Assembly (NCBI RefSeq): GCF_018977255.1
Contig: NW_024704745.1
Location: 24,738,001 to 24,802,000 of the forward strand
Source of the DNA: Callorhinchus milii
Lineage: Eukaryota
Length of the DNA: 64,000 nt
Reading direction: 5' to 3'
Positions 26,611 to 40,240 of this stretch are shown here, piece by piece. A program made the translations under genes and the position numbers. Each line of letters begins with the position of its first letter. Position 1 is the stretch's first letter. The notes under the pieces are model-generated. The model was not told where the DNA came from. It searched no databases and saw only the letters and a program-made list of their open reading frames with translations.

Positions 26611-27483
26611 GTGGTCCAAAAATATATAGTCTTAAAATAAAAATAGTGCAGAAGTTTGGGGAACTAAAATTCAGAAAATTGGTTTCCAAATTGAAGCAAT
26701 CGTTTTTCAGTTAAGATTATGACAAATGTCAGTTTCTGATGCATTAGACGTGATGACTATTCTGATTAAACAAACACGTACCTCACTTACACTTGTTACC
26801 ACAGGACAAGACATTATCAATGTTCAACTCCATCCAAACCACACAGCAATATATATAAAGGTCAGTGCGAGACATTTCATTGAACTGAAAATGATTCCCA
26901 CCTACACTCTCTTAACTTTCACAGTGAGGGTCCAGTCATGTGCTCTCATCATCTGCACTGTGTTTACCACAGAAGAAGCAAGCCCTTTTTAGGTTAAAGG
27001 TTAGTCCTGATAATTGGGAATCATTGAACACCACTTCACACAAGTAATGAACATACTGAATAAAAGTGTAGACAGGCAAACAAATGTATCAACTGACCTA
27101 CTTAATGTATGGAGGTTCAAGCTTCTGAATAGCTGTCCAGCCACAATTCCTATGCAGCTGGCTATACAGCAGGCATGTCAGAGACCACACTCTGTCAGCC
27201 TAGAATATGATTAAGGGCGTAGGGAGATTCCAGAAGGGAAAATAATGAACATAAATAATGGAATTCAACATGCACTTTGGATTCTTCCAAAGCTGAGAAA
27301 ACATGAATCATTAATCAATAAAAGCTAAAACCAAAAAAATCTAATTCTGTTGTGTATAGGAAACAACGAGTCTTAAATGCAATATTAACAAACTGGATTT
27401 ATTGCTTTCATTACAACTTTTCATTTCTGAATAACGGATTGTGAGTTTCAAGGCAAGATTTGGAAGTGGTGATTTGAGAAAAA

Positions 27484-27785
27484 AAATAACCCTTGCATTT
27501 TGATATAGCGTTTTTAATGGCTTCTAGACATCTCAAAGCGCTTCACAGAATATACTGTGAAGTGAATTGACTGTATATTTGTGGGTGAAAAGTGGCAGCC
27601 AATTGCGCACAGCAGTGTCCCACAAACAGTCCTGACCAAATTATTATTGTTATTGATTTTTTCTTGAGAGATTATTATCAGGCATGTGGAGGAAGGAAAC
27701 TTGCCCAAGGTTTCACCCTGCTGGGAATCAAACCCAGTTGCTTGCTTTCAAGGCGAGTTCTCTAATCACTGAGCCACAGGGCACA
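27484..27785 (-). mobile_element. tRNA-derived SINE, short subfamily
   Basis: Reverse complement similar to 4357-4677. Confidence 0.8.
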
Positions 27786-27829
27786 TTTTTATTACTGCTC
27801 TTGGACTTAAATTCTTATACAAAGTGTGA

Positions 27830-28170
27830 GGACTTCAAGATCTACCTCTCCAACCTCCTCACTCCCCAATCCACTACCTGGCATCTCCGCTCGACTGGCA
27901 TCAGCCTCCTGATCATCCTTCGCAACCTCCATCCTATAATCGGTGGTCGCGCTTTCAGCCACTACGCCCTGAAACTCTGGATCACTCTCCCTCAATTCCT
28001 CTGCCCTACCCCCTCTCTCCCGTTTTTCAAGTCCCACCTGAAAACCTTCCTCTTCAACCGTGCTTATGGCCACCTCCCCGCCCCCGGCTCGTAGTCAGGC
28101 TCCGCCACTGTTAAGCGCTCTGAGCGGCGGTCTTGCATGGAGGGCGCTATATAAGTGCAAGTTGTTGTTA
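27830..28170 (+). mobile_element. L2 3' fragment
   Basis: IGGRAFSHYALKLW...KTFLFNRAY and a (TTG)n tail. Confidence 0.85.
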
Positions 28171-30084
28171 TATTCATTCATTCATTGGCCTGCAATAAGG
28201 AACAGAGGGGATAGGTGAGGGGAATAGAGGGATTGAGGGCTCGTGCGGAGTACATGCACCAGCATTAACTCATTGGGCCAAATGGCCATTTCTGTACCAT
28301 ATCACTTTGCTCATCTTTACTTACTCTTATATTTATAGGATTATTCACCAGTTTAAAAGTCACCCTTATCTTAATTTTCCATTTGCAGCCCTTAAATTCT
28401 AAAGAATTTAGATACCTGTGCGTAGGTTTTTGCTGTGCAGATCAACTGTTCCAAAGCAATGTACATAAACCACACCCAATACTGGCACCACAAAGGTACT
28501 TCAGAGATAAAAGTGTTCTGTACAAACAACACTTTTAACTCACTGAATTTTGTTGATTGTTGAAGCAATGATTGAACTGTGTAGTGAATACATATTTTCA
28601 ATTCTATGCAAGTTATGTTTTTATTATTTTTGAACAATGTCACTAAAAGCTGTTTACTTTAACGTTTGTTTCATGTCTTCACAGTGTATTGCATTGCAAA
28701 CTAAACTGTACTGTAAGCACTCAGTAAGCAGAATATTCTCTGTAAACAGATCATTTTCGCACATTCTGTACTGAGTAATTCTGTATTTTATGTTCATTTC
28801 AGTCATTACCTACGTTTACAGTTTTAAAGATGAAATAATCAGTAAAGAACCAACATATTCTGTTTCCTTGAGTTGTCTATCATGTAACATGTAGGAGTAC
28901 AGACATTGGAGTCATCGTACACCACATGCGTGGGTGGGGTGCAGAGGACTAGAATGATAAATATGTGGGAGGACAGAACATTGAATGCATCTTTGTTATT
29001 CAATTTGTGTATTTTATTCAAGCTGTGTCTGGGTCAGATTCCTCAGTTTATACTGCTGAAAATACTATGTTTTTATATATTTGTTTCTTAGCAATAATCA
29101 ATTAGCAAGTGTCACCCCTCCCCTCTTAATTTCCTCGAAGAATTTTTGATTCCTTTTTTCTTCCACTAGGGTCTGCCTTTAGGGTGACAAGCAAGCCTCA
29201 GTTCATGAAAATCCATGATGATGCTGCAGTGTTCCTGAATTAACACAAACGTGGATCTCAAAGTAGATGAGTGGGGAGGGGCAGTCAATTAACAATCCAT
29301 CTGCTGTACTTGAACAAATTCTAGTTCAATTTGGACCTCTAGACCTCCTCTCCTGTACGTTGCAACTCAGGTTCATGATTCACAGGTCATGATAACCTTC
29401 CGTTGACTACTCTTGATTTGAAATTTTCAAATTAAGGAATCTAAGTAGTAACTCCTTCTGGTAACTCTATGACCTTCTGACTTGAGGGAATCCTGCTCTG
29501 AAAATAGATTAAGTTGGATTGGGCTTCTTATACATTTGCGTTATGAACTTCTGGATTTCTTTATTCAGCGATCTGTTAAGAAATATCACAAACATCCTCT
29601 CCCCAGAGTTGCCAAAATGGTGCTTGACAAAACCCAAGTTGCTATGTCCATAAGGTTCCACATAAACTGTAGAGACAAAAAAGGGACTATTTTTCACTTT
29701 TAATACATGAATAACTTTGTTAACAATTTGAGAGGCTTATCAAGGCACATGGAAGAACACTTGGAGTGGCCACGGCTAGGGATGTACAGCCAGGTATCAA
29801 AAAACTGGTGCAAAAAAAGAGGAGCCAAATGTCCGGACACATGTCATAGAAGGCTAAATTTCATAGAGGATCTAAATGACATTTTCACAGCATGCCAGTA
29901 CTTTTTGTTTCTATGATGTTAAAAACAGTATATGTTGGAATTGAAGTTAAATATGGAAACTTAGCATTATTTATTGAGACTGAGCATTAGCCTGCATACT
30001 GTTTTTGATGTCTTGGAATTGTGCAGCTGAGGTAATGCTTTGTGTAAATTGCTATATTTGAGCAAATATACATGCAATCACTAC

Positions 30085-30925
30085 AACAACCACATGCACT
30101 TATATTGCTCCCTCCACGCAGGGTATCGTCTTAGAGCACTTAGCAGCAGCGGAGCCTGTCTCTGAGCTGGGGGTGGGGATTACTGTAAGCACAGTCGAAA
30201 AGGAAGGTTTTCAGGTGGGACTTGAAAAGGTGGAGAGAGGGGGCAAGGCAGAGGGATTGAGGGACAGTGTTCCAGAATTTCAGGGCGAAGTGGCTGAAAG
30301 TGTGACCTCCAATAGTGGAGCAGAGGGTGCAAGGCACAAGCAGGAGGCCGGTGCCAGTCGAACCGAGGCACTGGGTGGTGGATTGGGGAGTGAGGAGGTC
30401 AGAAAAGTCGGGAGGTGCCAGAGAGTGTGAGGATCATGAAGTCGAGCCATTCGGTAATGGGAAGCCAGTGGAGCCTGGCCAGAACTGATGAAATGTGTGT
30501 AATGAGATTGGTCTGGGTAAGTATGAAGATGGCAGAGTTCTGAATGAGCTGGATCTTTTGAATGATCGAGCTGGGGAGACCAGCGAGAAGTGCATTGGAG
30601 TAATCTAAGCGGGATGTGACAAACCATGCACGAGGGCTTTGGCTGCATTTGGGGTAAGGTATGGTCAAGAAGTGGGCAATGTGGCGGAGGTGGAGGAAGG
30701 TGGTCCTGGTCAGAGACCGGATGTGGGGGAGGAAGGACAGCTGGGCATCGAACCGGATGCCTAGATTGCACAATGGTTCGGTGAGTCTGAGGAAGAACCC
30801 AGAGACATTGAGGAGTTGAGATTCACAGAAGTGAAGCATTTACAGGAGCCAAGGAGTATGGCTGATGTCTTGTCCACATTCAGCTGCAGGAAATTTGTAC
30901 TCATCCAGGTCTTGATGTCTGCCAG
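30085..30925 (-). mobile_element. L2 3' fragment
   Basis: ORF 30399-30839 LGIRFDAQLSFLPHI...SRLDYSNALL. Confidence 0.9.
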
Positions 30926-32261
30926 ACAAGCTGATCAACAAGCTGATATCACTAATAGACATTTACAGTATTTTGTGTGAAATGCTTTAAGATGTCTTGA
31001 AGATGTGTTAAGGTTTTATATCAAATGCAAGGATAATTAATGTATAACGTTAAGTTGTGACCCACCAAGTGCAAAGTGTTATCTTAAATTTCCCTTTGCG
31101 CCCGATGAGTTTGACACCACAATGTCGCACTTGATATCTTATTTTACACAATGAAGTCACTTTTTACCAGTAATGTAACAGTTTGAGACTTCATCCTCAT
31201 TGAGTACATCCTGTGACAATTGGTTAATATCCACACCTTTTATCTTTCTTAATTAGCCGAATAAACATTTTTCTTTGACAGTAAACAGCAGTATTTGTTG
31301 TCCGGATTCAATATTTGCATATCCTGTTGTGAGTATGTGCTTTGGATCCCACCATATGTCTACTCATACAAATTAGTATCAGTCACCAATTAATCTGTCT
31401 TTTTTAAAGCTACATAGGCACAAATTCTTAAATACTTTGATCTTTGAGTAGGAAACCAACATTAAATTTAACATCTCTCCTCATAAAACCTTATAGAAAA
31501 ACAAGCCATAGACATTCGTAACTGTGAAAGTACTCTATTTCTGTGGCTGAAAATCGTTCACTGTAAGGTTTGGTCACAATGACACCCACTTCCAGTTCAG
31601 AGTAACCATATGCTAATATGATCAACTGCTAGATAATTGCATTCCTTCTTGTATACTTAAAGCAGGAAGTGACTTTAGAAGGGACCTTAAGACTTCAGAA
31701 TGTCCATTTTAGCTTCAAACTTCAATAGACCAATGTCTGGTTTATTAGTTCGGTAAAAATGTCATTTCCTGCTTTGTGAATGTGCAGAAAATTGTTCCTG
31801 ATGAACTGGAAATTGGACAATTTTTCTTTCAGCACAAAAGCAGTCATCCCACAGTGAGGAAGTCAGCTGACTGCGCACATGTGCATAACGCAGGATGGGA
31901 TTTTATGGATCACAATCACTGTGTTATAGAGACGCCACTGTTCTAAAGAGTTAGCCAGATAAGAAAACAACAGGAGCTGTAATATCAACAAATCACAATT
32001 AATAACATTGCCATAAAGTTTGTGGTAGTTTCTTAACTAATTTCCTTGTGTCAATTAGCACACAATGGGTTAAGAAATGGTGCCGATGCCTTCCAAATAT
32101 GTAATTGCCAGTGCCTTGTGCTTCTCCCGAACTTTATGAAAATATGGAAACACGGAGGTACAGTTGGGTGTCAGCATATTTATGGAAATAAACAACTTCC
32201 ATTGTATTCAGCGTCACATGAAGAGTCCTAACTTATATTCCTCATACCTCATTGCCTCTAT

Positions 32262-33800
32262 TAACAACAACAAAATTACATTTGTATAGCACCTTTCATG
32301 TTGGGAGGACGTCCCAAGGCGCTGGACAGTCAGAGTTTTGGACTCAAGCTGGGGGTTGGGATTGGGGAGGGTGGAGGGCAGGGGGTAGCAGGGTGATCAA
32401 AAGCACAGTTGAAGAGGAGGATCTTGAGATGGGTCTTGAAGGAGGCAAGGGAGTGGGCTAGGTGGAGGGACTGTGGGATGGAGTTCCAGTGGGTGGAGGC
32501 AGAGTGGCAGAAGGCCCGCCCACCAATAGTGGGGCGAGCGAGGAAGGGGAGGTGAAGCAGGCCGAAACCCGCTGAGCGGAGGAAGTAGGCAGGATGATAG
32601 GGGGTTAGGAGATCGTAGAGGTAGGGGGAGCAAGGCCATGGAGGGCTTTGAATGTGAGGACCAGGATCTTGAACTGTATCCTTTGTGTGATGGGAAGTCA
32701 GTGGAGTCGGACGAAGATGGAGGTGATAGTGTCACGGAACCTGGTGCAGAAGACATGGGCTGCAGAGTTCTGGATGATCTGCAGCCTATGGAGGGAGGAG
32801 TTGGGGAAGCCGACAAGCAAGGAGTTTACATATGTGTATGTATGCAAGCTTTGGCGGCCTGCGGTGTGAGACAATGCCGGAGCCGGGCAATGTTGTGGAG
32901 GTTGGGGAAGGCAGAGCAGGTTGTGGCACAGATGTGGAGTAGAAAGGATAGTTGAGGGTCAAACAAGATATCAAGGTTTCGGACTGTTTTAGTAAGATGG
33001 AGTGTGCAACCACGGATGGTGATGCTGTCAGCGCCTGAGGTGTGGAGGTGCTGACAGGAGCCAATCATGAGAGCCTCGGTCTTGTTGACATTCAACTGAG
33101 AAAACTAGCTCTCATCCAGGACTTGATGTCCGACAGACATTCTGTCAGGACAGCAGAGGACCTGGAGTCACGGGTGAAGGCAGAAAGGTACAGTTGGGTG
33201 CCATCCGCACAATACGGTTGATGTCACTAAGAGGGAGCATATAGATATTGAAGAGGAGGGGACCAAGGACAGAGCCCTGATGAACACCGCACAAGATGGT
33301 ACAGGAACTAGAGGAGAAACCGTTTGTGGATATGAAGTGTAGGTGGTGTGAGAGATACGATCTGAACCAGTCAAAGACAGAGCCATGAAGGTTGAGGTGC
33401 GAGGAGAGGCTGTGGATGAGGATAGAGTAGTCGACGATATCAAAGGCAGCAGAGAGTTCAAGGAGGATGAGGAGGCAGAGGGAGCCCTGGTGTCAGATGG
33501 ACAGAATGTCATTTGTCACTTTGACCAGGGCTGTTTCTGTGCAGTGGGCGGCACAGAAACCCGATTGGAGGGGTTCATGAAGGGAGTGGCAGGAGAGGAA
33601 GGAGTGAAGCTGGGAAGCAACAAATCATTCCAGGACTTTGGAGAGGAAAAGGAGGTTGGAGACGTGTCAGTAATTTGAGAGTAGGGATGGGTCCAGGGAG
33701 GGTTTTTTAAGGATAGGAGGCCGTTTTTAATGGGGTGGGAACAGTACCAGTGGACAGGGAGAGGTTTATAATGTCTGTGAGTAGAGGGGCAAGGAAATAG
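32262..33800 (-). mobile_element. L2, RT to 3' tail
   Basis: Continuous similarity to 1959-2715 and 25790-26610. Confidence 0.9.
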
Positions 33801-34155
33801 AGCAGGTATCAGCTCTATGTTTTCCTCTTTAATGTCTCTATTACTTAGTTAAACATGTTCATATATGTCAATGGTCATTTAATATGATTATTCTCCAGTT
33901 ATCCGCAATTAAGTAATCAGTTGTTCAGTACATTATCTGTGATAATGACACTTGCAGTTACTGTATTGTTGAGTTCCCCATACAGAACTCTGTCCTCCCG
34001 TAATGTGTCACACAACACCCTGAAAGCAATCAGCACAAAGTTATTTCTTTATTCATTATTGCAGACAATCCGATTTGTGTCAAACAGGAATACAGATTGG
34101 TTTTAAACGTAACACATACAGAAGGAAACAAACAATCAGATTACAGACTCCACAA

Positions 34156-34477
34156 AAATAATAATAATAAAAATCCTTGCATTTGATATAGCGCTTTTCA
34201 CGTCGGGAGGATGTCCCAAAGCGCTTCACAGAACACACTGTAAAGTGAATTGACTGTATATTTGTGGGCGAACGCGGCAGCCAATTGTGCACAGCAATGT
34301 CCCACAAACAGTCGTAGATTGAAAATTACCAATTTATTATTGTTTTGGGTTTTGGAGGGATTATTATTAGGCGTGTGGAGTAAGGTAACTTGCCCAAGGT
34401 TTCGCCCTGCCTGGAATTGAACTCAGGTCTCTCGCTTGCAAAGCGAGTGCTCTACCCACTGAGCTACAGGTCTCACT
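34156..34477 (-). mobile_element. tRNA-derived SINE, short young subfamily
   Basis: Nearly identical to 6559-6888 and 41214-41540. Confidence 0.9.
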
Positions 34478-34955
34478 AGTTACATAATATAGTTTTGAAT
34501 CACATTCCCTCTCTGTAACACAGATTGAGAATTTTTACAGCATTTATAACGAAAACAACTCAACAGGTGGGTGAACACTTTTGCTCTAATCTATAAAGTT
34601 ACTTATATAATACTTTTGCTTCGTTTTTGATTAGCATGTAGCCAGCAGATTTATGACTTTAACCACATAATTTTTATTCCTCTGTATTTTATGTACACTG
34701 TATTATAGGGTAATTAAAATTGATATATATTGAACAAATTTGTTTGTAGACATTCTTCTTGTACTCAGTATTTGGCATTATTAAATAATTGATTGAATTA
34801 ACATAATTTTATATCATACAATTAATTAAAATATACAGTCTAATTCAATAACAGTCAGTACAGACTGTGTGAAACTTTCTTTCACCTACTTTATAACACA
34901 TTTCTCTAAAGGAGAATATCCTTAAATGAATGGAACTTTGCTTCACAGACATTAC

Positions 34956-35014
34956 CTCAAATAATGAATAAATTACAATGGACACAGCATGAAAGGGCAA
35001 TTTAATAGAGACAT
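34956..35014 (-). pseudogene. Disabled paralogous leader exon
   Basis: AAGATG...TTATTTGAG|gtaatg aligns with the gene 2 leader. It is 59 nt (out of phase), has an in-frame TAA, and has TGA where TCA is expected. Flanks 34760-35110 resemble 46100-46470. Confidence 0.65.
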
Positions 35015-36419
35015 CTTCTTTGTGCTGAAAGTGCTCATGAAATAATGTCTCACGTCCCTTTAAATGATTCTTATGTGATGATGGTTTTCAGTTCCTTGAT
35101 ACACACCTCGTGAAACAGTTAATTTTCTCGTAGCAGGTAAAATACTGTTAGAGAGGTATTTTCTGGTGTCCATGGCTGCAGTGAGAGTGAGGCCTTGATC
35201 TTTCCTTTGCTTCAGGAGCTGCAGAGCAGTGGCAAGCAGGCAGTCAGGGCTCTGGTGTTGTACAACCCACAAGATTGCAAGATTTGTCTGCATAAAGAAA
35301 TCTCTTTGGCCCATCCAATCTCTTTGCTCCAGAACATCCACCCTACCATCCCCCCATCACAGCAACAAGCTGCTTTTTAAATGAGTCCAGTGTTTCAACC
35401 ACACTTGACAAACTGTTTCAGTCATTAAAAAAAATTACTTCCTGGTATCTGTCCTGAGACTGTCCTGTGCAATTCTAAACTCGTGTCCTCTTGACTTGTT
35501 GTATCCTGTATTGATTTGCATTTACTTTTTCAATCCCATTTATAATGTTGTACACATCTATAAGATTCCCCATGGTGTCATGTCTGCAAATTGGTTGCTG
35601 AGTGTAGCTAAAAAATATAGTCACTGCTCCAGTAAATTGCGTCTTGAGGTGTTCTCCTGACACGAAACACACTATATGAAATGTTATAATGTATTAAAAT
35701 ATTATTATATTTTTTAATGAATGGTGGGATCTAAAATGTTAAGAAAAAGAACTGAATAGTGGGAAAGGAGAACATCAGTTTCTAAGATTATTACAGAAGT
35801 AGACGATGCACTGTCTAGAATTTCATTCCTAAAATGGTCAACTTTAAGATTATCAGTTTGCTGCTTTGCAAGTGCACAGGAAATGTGAAGTGAACTTTGT
35901 ATTTCAGGAAACCCACGAGCCAAATACATACATGGAGTCAAACCTGCATGCCTTGCTGTAGCACAGGTTGGTACCTATCTTAACCTAGCCTCGGCAGAAG
36001 CCGTTCCTGTGCAAACCGCTCAGGGCGCACCCAAAACTATGACTAAAATAACCATGAGAGTAACCATATAACTGTATGGCAGGATGCTCTAAATGTAAAC
36101 AAAGAGCGTCTTGAAAACGTATGCATGGTAAACATGTGCACCTACGTTGCACATCGGGGCGTCTGCTGAAAGCAGCAAATGCACCTTATCAGCGTGTGCG
36201 CGGGGGCGCAAATGGATGTGGTGCACACTGCGGTGACTCCCGATTGGTTTAAAGGGAGCATCCCAAAAAAAACACGGGTGCACGACATGTGTGGTGGAGG
36301 AATGTAACGTAAAGAGCGGAATGTTTTCATATTGGGAGCAAAGGGAAAAGCCTAACAGTTGTACGTTGTGTTTTTAGTTTGAGATTTCTGTCCGTCGCAA
36401 ATATTACATTTAAGAAACA

Positions 36420-36920
36420 AGTGGGTTGGTGCTTAACTTAGCGCATTGGGTTTGGCACTGCTGCCAGTGTGTGGTCAGGGTGGGAACGGCTCTGGTTGGG
36501 GTCAGGCCCCATCTGTCCATTGCACATAGTCCCTGATGGCAGAGTGCGAGCCTGCAGCGGGCCCTCTCTGACATGGTGCTGCTGTGCGGGTACACCAACT
36601 GGTTTCGGATGATCACAAGGGCCACCTTCACTGACCTGATGATCCTCGAGGTGCACTCGATGTCGGTCTCGCTATGTGTCCCCCCCCAGGAAGAGGCCAT
36701 GACAGTGGATCCCCGTGGACGAACTGCGAGAGCAGCCCATCCATCTATTTCAAAACGGCCTTTGCGTCCGTACAGTCCAGGAGCAGGTGCTCCGCTGTCT
36801 CCTTGTCTCCACAGCTATCCCGAGGGCAACCGGTGGTGGCAGCGAGGCTCTGGCGGTGCAAGAGGGTCCTGATGCAGAGCGCTTACCTCACCTGGCGGAT
36901 GAGACACCATGATCATGAAG
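36420..36920 (-). mobile_element. Tx1-clade (L1 group) LINE, ORF2 C-terminal fragment
   Basis: Translation ALCIRTLLHRQSL...GCPRDSCGDKETAEHLLLDC (zinc-knuckle-like), then GTHSETDIECTSRIIRSVKVAL. Contains stops and frameshifts. Confidence 0.75.
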
Positions 36921-36923
36921 GTG

Positions 36924-36970
36924 CTCGGCCTTTTGGCGAAGATTACATGTAATCTCTGTTCTTAACAGTT
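36924..36970 (+). pseudogene. RNU2: U2 snRNA 5' fragment (about nt 8-54)
   Basis: ctcggccttttggcgaagattacatgtaatctctgttcttaacagtt matches vertebrate U2 (from memory) at 40/47 positions without gaps. Truncated at both ends. Confidence 0.85.
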
Positions 36971-38194
36971 ACTGGAACACTCATCTCCTGCTGAGATTTC
37001 CGAATTTCACCCATAACTGAACGAATTATGAGAAGGATTGAACTCTCCGCTGTAGCCATGGTTTCAGCCCTCTGTTGGCTGGAATCGGTACTGCGGCATT
37101 CCTGATCTCAGGAGTTCGATCTGCTCTCACACAGAGGAAGCAGAGGATACCTGAACTCGGAGCTACCTTCAGCACTTGGTCACCAGGTTCAGGCCGGGCT
37201 TGCCCTGCCGGAATGGCTCGGGTGCTCGTGAAGACAGGTATCAGATGCACATGGTCCTTTGATAATTTGGGGCCAAGAAAAGTTTGTGGGGGATTAGGAT
37301 TTGTCTGTGGAGATAGCCCTCATTCCCAAAGTGGAACGTTTTGGTCTAGTTTGGTTAATGGGGGTGAGCATGTCTAACCTCGCTCATCAATAAAAGAAAG
37401 TGGGTTGGTATTTTATGGATCTCAAATGCAACGTTAGGGCAGAGCTTCACTGTATTTCCTGGTGTCTATAATGAAATTACCGCTTTGTGACCATGAAACT
37501 GCTTCATTGTATTGGAAAATATTGTGTTTACTTTCTCAATCGTATTTAGAATTTTATGTATCTCTATAAGCTTCTCTCAAAGATATTTCATTTCAAGGGT
37601 GAAGAGGCTTAGCTTATCTGGCTCATCAGCAGGACTTAGAGGGGCAGATTGGATCAATGGGGGCAAGGATTCTTTCCTCTCAGTGCCTGTTAACCCGTAA
37701 ACTCTTATGGATGGGGTGGTCCTAGCTGGATATGAAGCGGGAAACATTTCCAGACAATGCTTTCATAGAAAGTTATATGGTTTTAGCTGGTTTAACATCA
37801 GCAGTGTCCCAATGTACATTCTTCTCAAGCTTTGGCTCTTGCCAACCTGTGCCTTATACTCTATTAGGTAAGCAGGGTGAGTACCTCCAGAGTATGCATC
37901 CCATTTCAATATATGAGAATTTCCTTGTAAAGGTGGGATGCAATGCAACTCTATTTGGTTTGGGTTTCCATAACATGATAATCATTTAATATTTGCAGTT
38001 GAAAGTGATTAACTGAAGTGATAATTGTTAATCAATTCTATTTTGAAGTTATTCCAATGTTAGGCCCACAACTTGAATATGATATTAAACACCAGTGTTT
38101 TGACTTTAAAGCACATTTATAAAATCAAATAAAATCTGTTTAAATAAAAATATCAGAGTTTTTTTAACTGTATGTTTGTTGTTGTTGTGATCCA

Positions 38195-39165
38195 AAAGTA
38201 TGACACAAACAGAACAAGAGTGAAAGTCCAAGCTGGTACACATGTGTATCCTCTGTTGGTCCAGATTCAGCTTCCTGCAGCTGAATATGGACAAGACGGA
38301 AGCCATACTTCTTGGTTCCTGACAGCGTCTTCACTCCTGCGGATCTAAGCTCCTCAACCAACCTGGGCCCTCCCTCACACTCGCCGAACCAGTGCGCAAC
38401 CTAGGCATCTGGTTCGACCCCCAACTGTCCTTCTTCCCCCATATCCGGTTCCTGACCAGGACCGCTTTCTTCCACCTCCGCCACATTGCCCGCCTCCGAC
38501 TGTACTTTACCCCAAATGCAACTGAAACCCTCGTGCGTGCGTGCGTTTGTCACCTCCCACTTGGATTATTCCAACGCACTTCTCACCGGTCTCCCCAATT
38601 CCATCATTCACAAAATCCTGCTCATTCAAAACTCTACCGCCCGCATACTGACCGGACCTCCTGCTTTTCCCTCGCACCCTCCGCCCCACCATCGGAGGTT
38701 GTGCTTTCAGCCACTAAACCCCCAAACTCTGGAACACTCTCCCTCAATCCCTCCGCCTTGCCCCCTCTCTCCCCTCTTCAATCCCACTTGAAATCTTTCC
38801 TGTTCGACCGTGCTTACGGCCACCTCCCCCCTCCCCCCAGCTCAGAGTCAGGCTCCACCACTGTTAAGCGCTCTGAGACGCTACCCTGCGTCTCGGAGGG
38901 CGCTATATAAGTGCAAGTTGTTGTGTTGTCTGGAATTCCATCCCACGGTCCCTTTGCATTGCTTCCTCCCTTGCCTCCTTCAAGGTCGGTCTCAAGACCT
39001 TTCTCTTCAACTGTGCTTTCGGTCTCCCTCCCACCCCTCTGCCTTCCCTCACCCCTACACCACCCCTTCCCCATGCTCGGGCCCCTACACCTGACTGTTC
39101 AGCGCTTTGGGACGTCTTCCTGACGTGAAAGGCGCTCTATAAATGTAATTTTGTTGTTGTTGTTA
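38195..39165 (+). mobile_element. Two adjacent L2 3' fragments
   Basis: RNLGIWFDPQLSFFPHI ORF, with two successive 3' tails near 38925 and 39165. Confidence 0.85.
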
Positions 39166-39364
39166 TTGTGGAGCACTCATCTGAATGTCTGTTCTCCTCT
39201 CGGTTCCTGATTTTTGGAAAAAGTAAAAAAATGCGGCTGAGATTTATCACAGTACATGGAGTGAAACACACATGCATGATTTACTGTCTGCTTGTCTTGT
39301 TATGTAACAATAAGCAGCCTAGCTCCACAAGTAATACAGGTGGCAAATAGAGAGTAAGTCAGGT

Positions 39365-39860
39365 CAGACCCCCACATCAGGTCCCTAACCAAGACCGCTT
39401 TCCTCCACCTCTGATCTGTATCTCACCCCCAACACAGCCAAAACCTTCGTGCCACCTCATCAGCTGCCACCTCAAATATTCCTATGCCCTCAAACTGGTC
39501 TTCAGGATCCTCTCAATTGTCTACAAATGCCTTCATGCCCTGGCACTTCCCTACCATTCTGACCAGCTTTCTCCCCATTCCACTACTCGCTGCCTCTAGC
39601 CTCCTGCTAGTCCCTCGGCCCCTCTGCTCCACCATCGGCAGCTGTGCTTTAAGCCACTATGCCCCAAAGGTTTGGAAATTTCTTCCCCAATCCCTCCGCC
39701 TTGCCTCTCTCCCTCTTTTAGATCCTTCCTCTTCGGACGTGCTTATGATCATTTCCTCCCGCTCCCTGGCTCTGCATCAGGCTCTGCCATCGTTAAGTGC
39801 TCCAAATCGCTGCCCCTCATGAAGGACACTATTATAAATGCAAGTTGTTGCTGTTGTCTG
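39365..39860 (+). mobile_element. L2 3' fragment with deletions
   Basis: ccaccatcggcagctgtgctttaagccactatgcccc and an L2 3' tail. Confidence 0.7.
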
Positions 39861-40240
39861 AATCAGCGGTATGTCATTTATATATAAAACGTGAGAATAT
39901 TTATTCTACCAAAGACAATAATGGCAATTCCCAGTTTACAAATCCAAAATGGAATAATAACTCCAACTGAGTGCAGGTGGAGATCTGCAGGTCTGGTTGT
40001 GAAACATTAAGACACAAAAGGCAGATTGAGAAGTGATCCCCTCCCCACTCACCAGGGGACTGAAGCAGAAAATATCACAGGCTCCTCGATCCATATTGTG
40101 TATTTAAATGAGTCATTATGATTAAAGTGGAAACTATATCTTTTGCTAATCTACGACATATATAAAATAATTCAAGAGTCAGTTCTGTAGCCCGGAGCTT
40201 TGAAGTAACCACTATTTTAAGCGAGACATTCATAACTGAA

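Noticed and set aside
29509-29664. Strong minus-strand acceptor followed by VYVEPYG, as a possible tail exon
   Set aside because: No other similarity to the gene 1 tail and no upstream exon to join.
36410-36952. Cluster of GC-rich ORFs as a novel gene
   Set aside because: Explained by the Tx1 ORF2 fragment.
40053-40059. 7-nt micro-exon TCCCCTG between good splice sites downstream of the gene 2 TM
   Set aside because: No downstream partner exon found; cannot be supported without RNA data.
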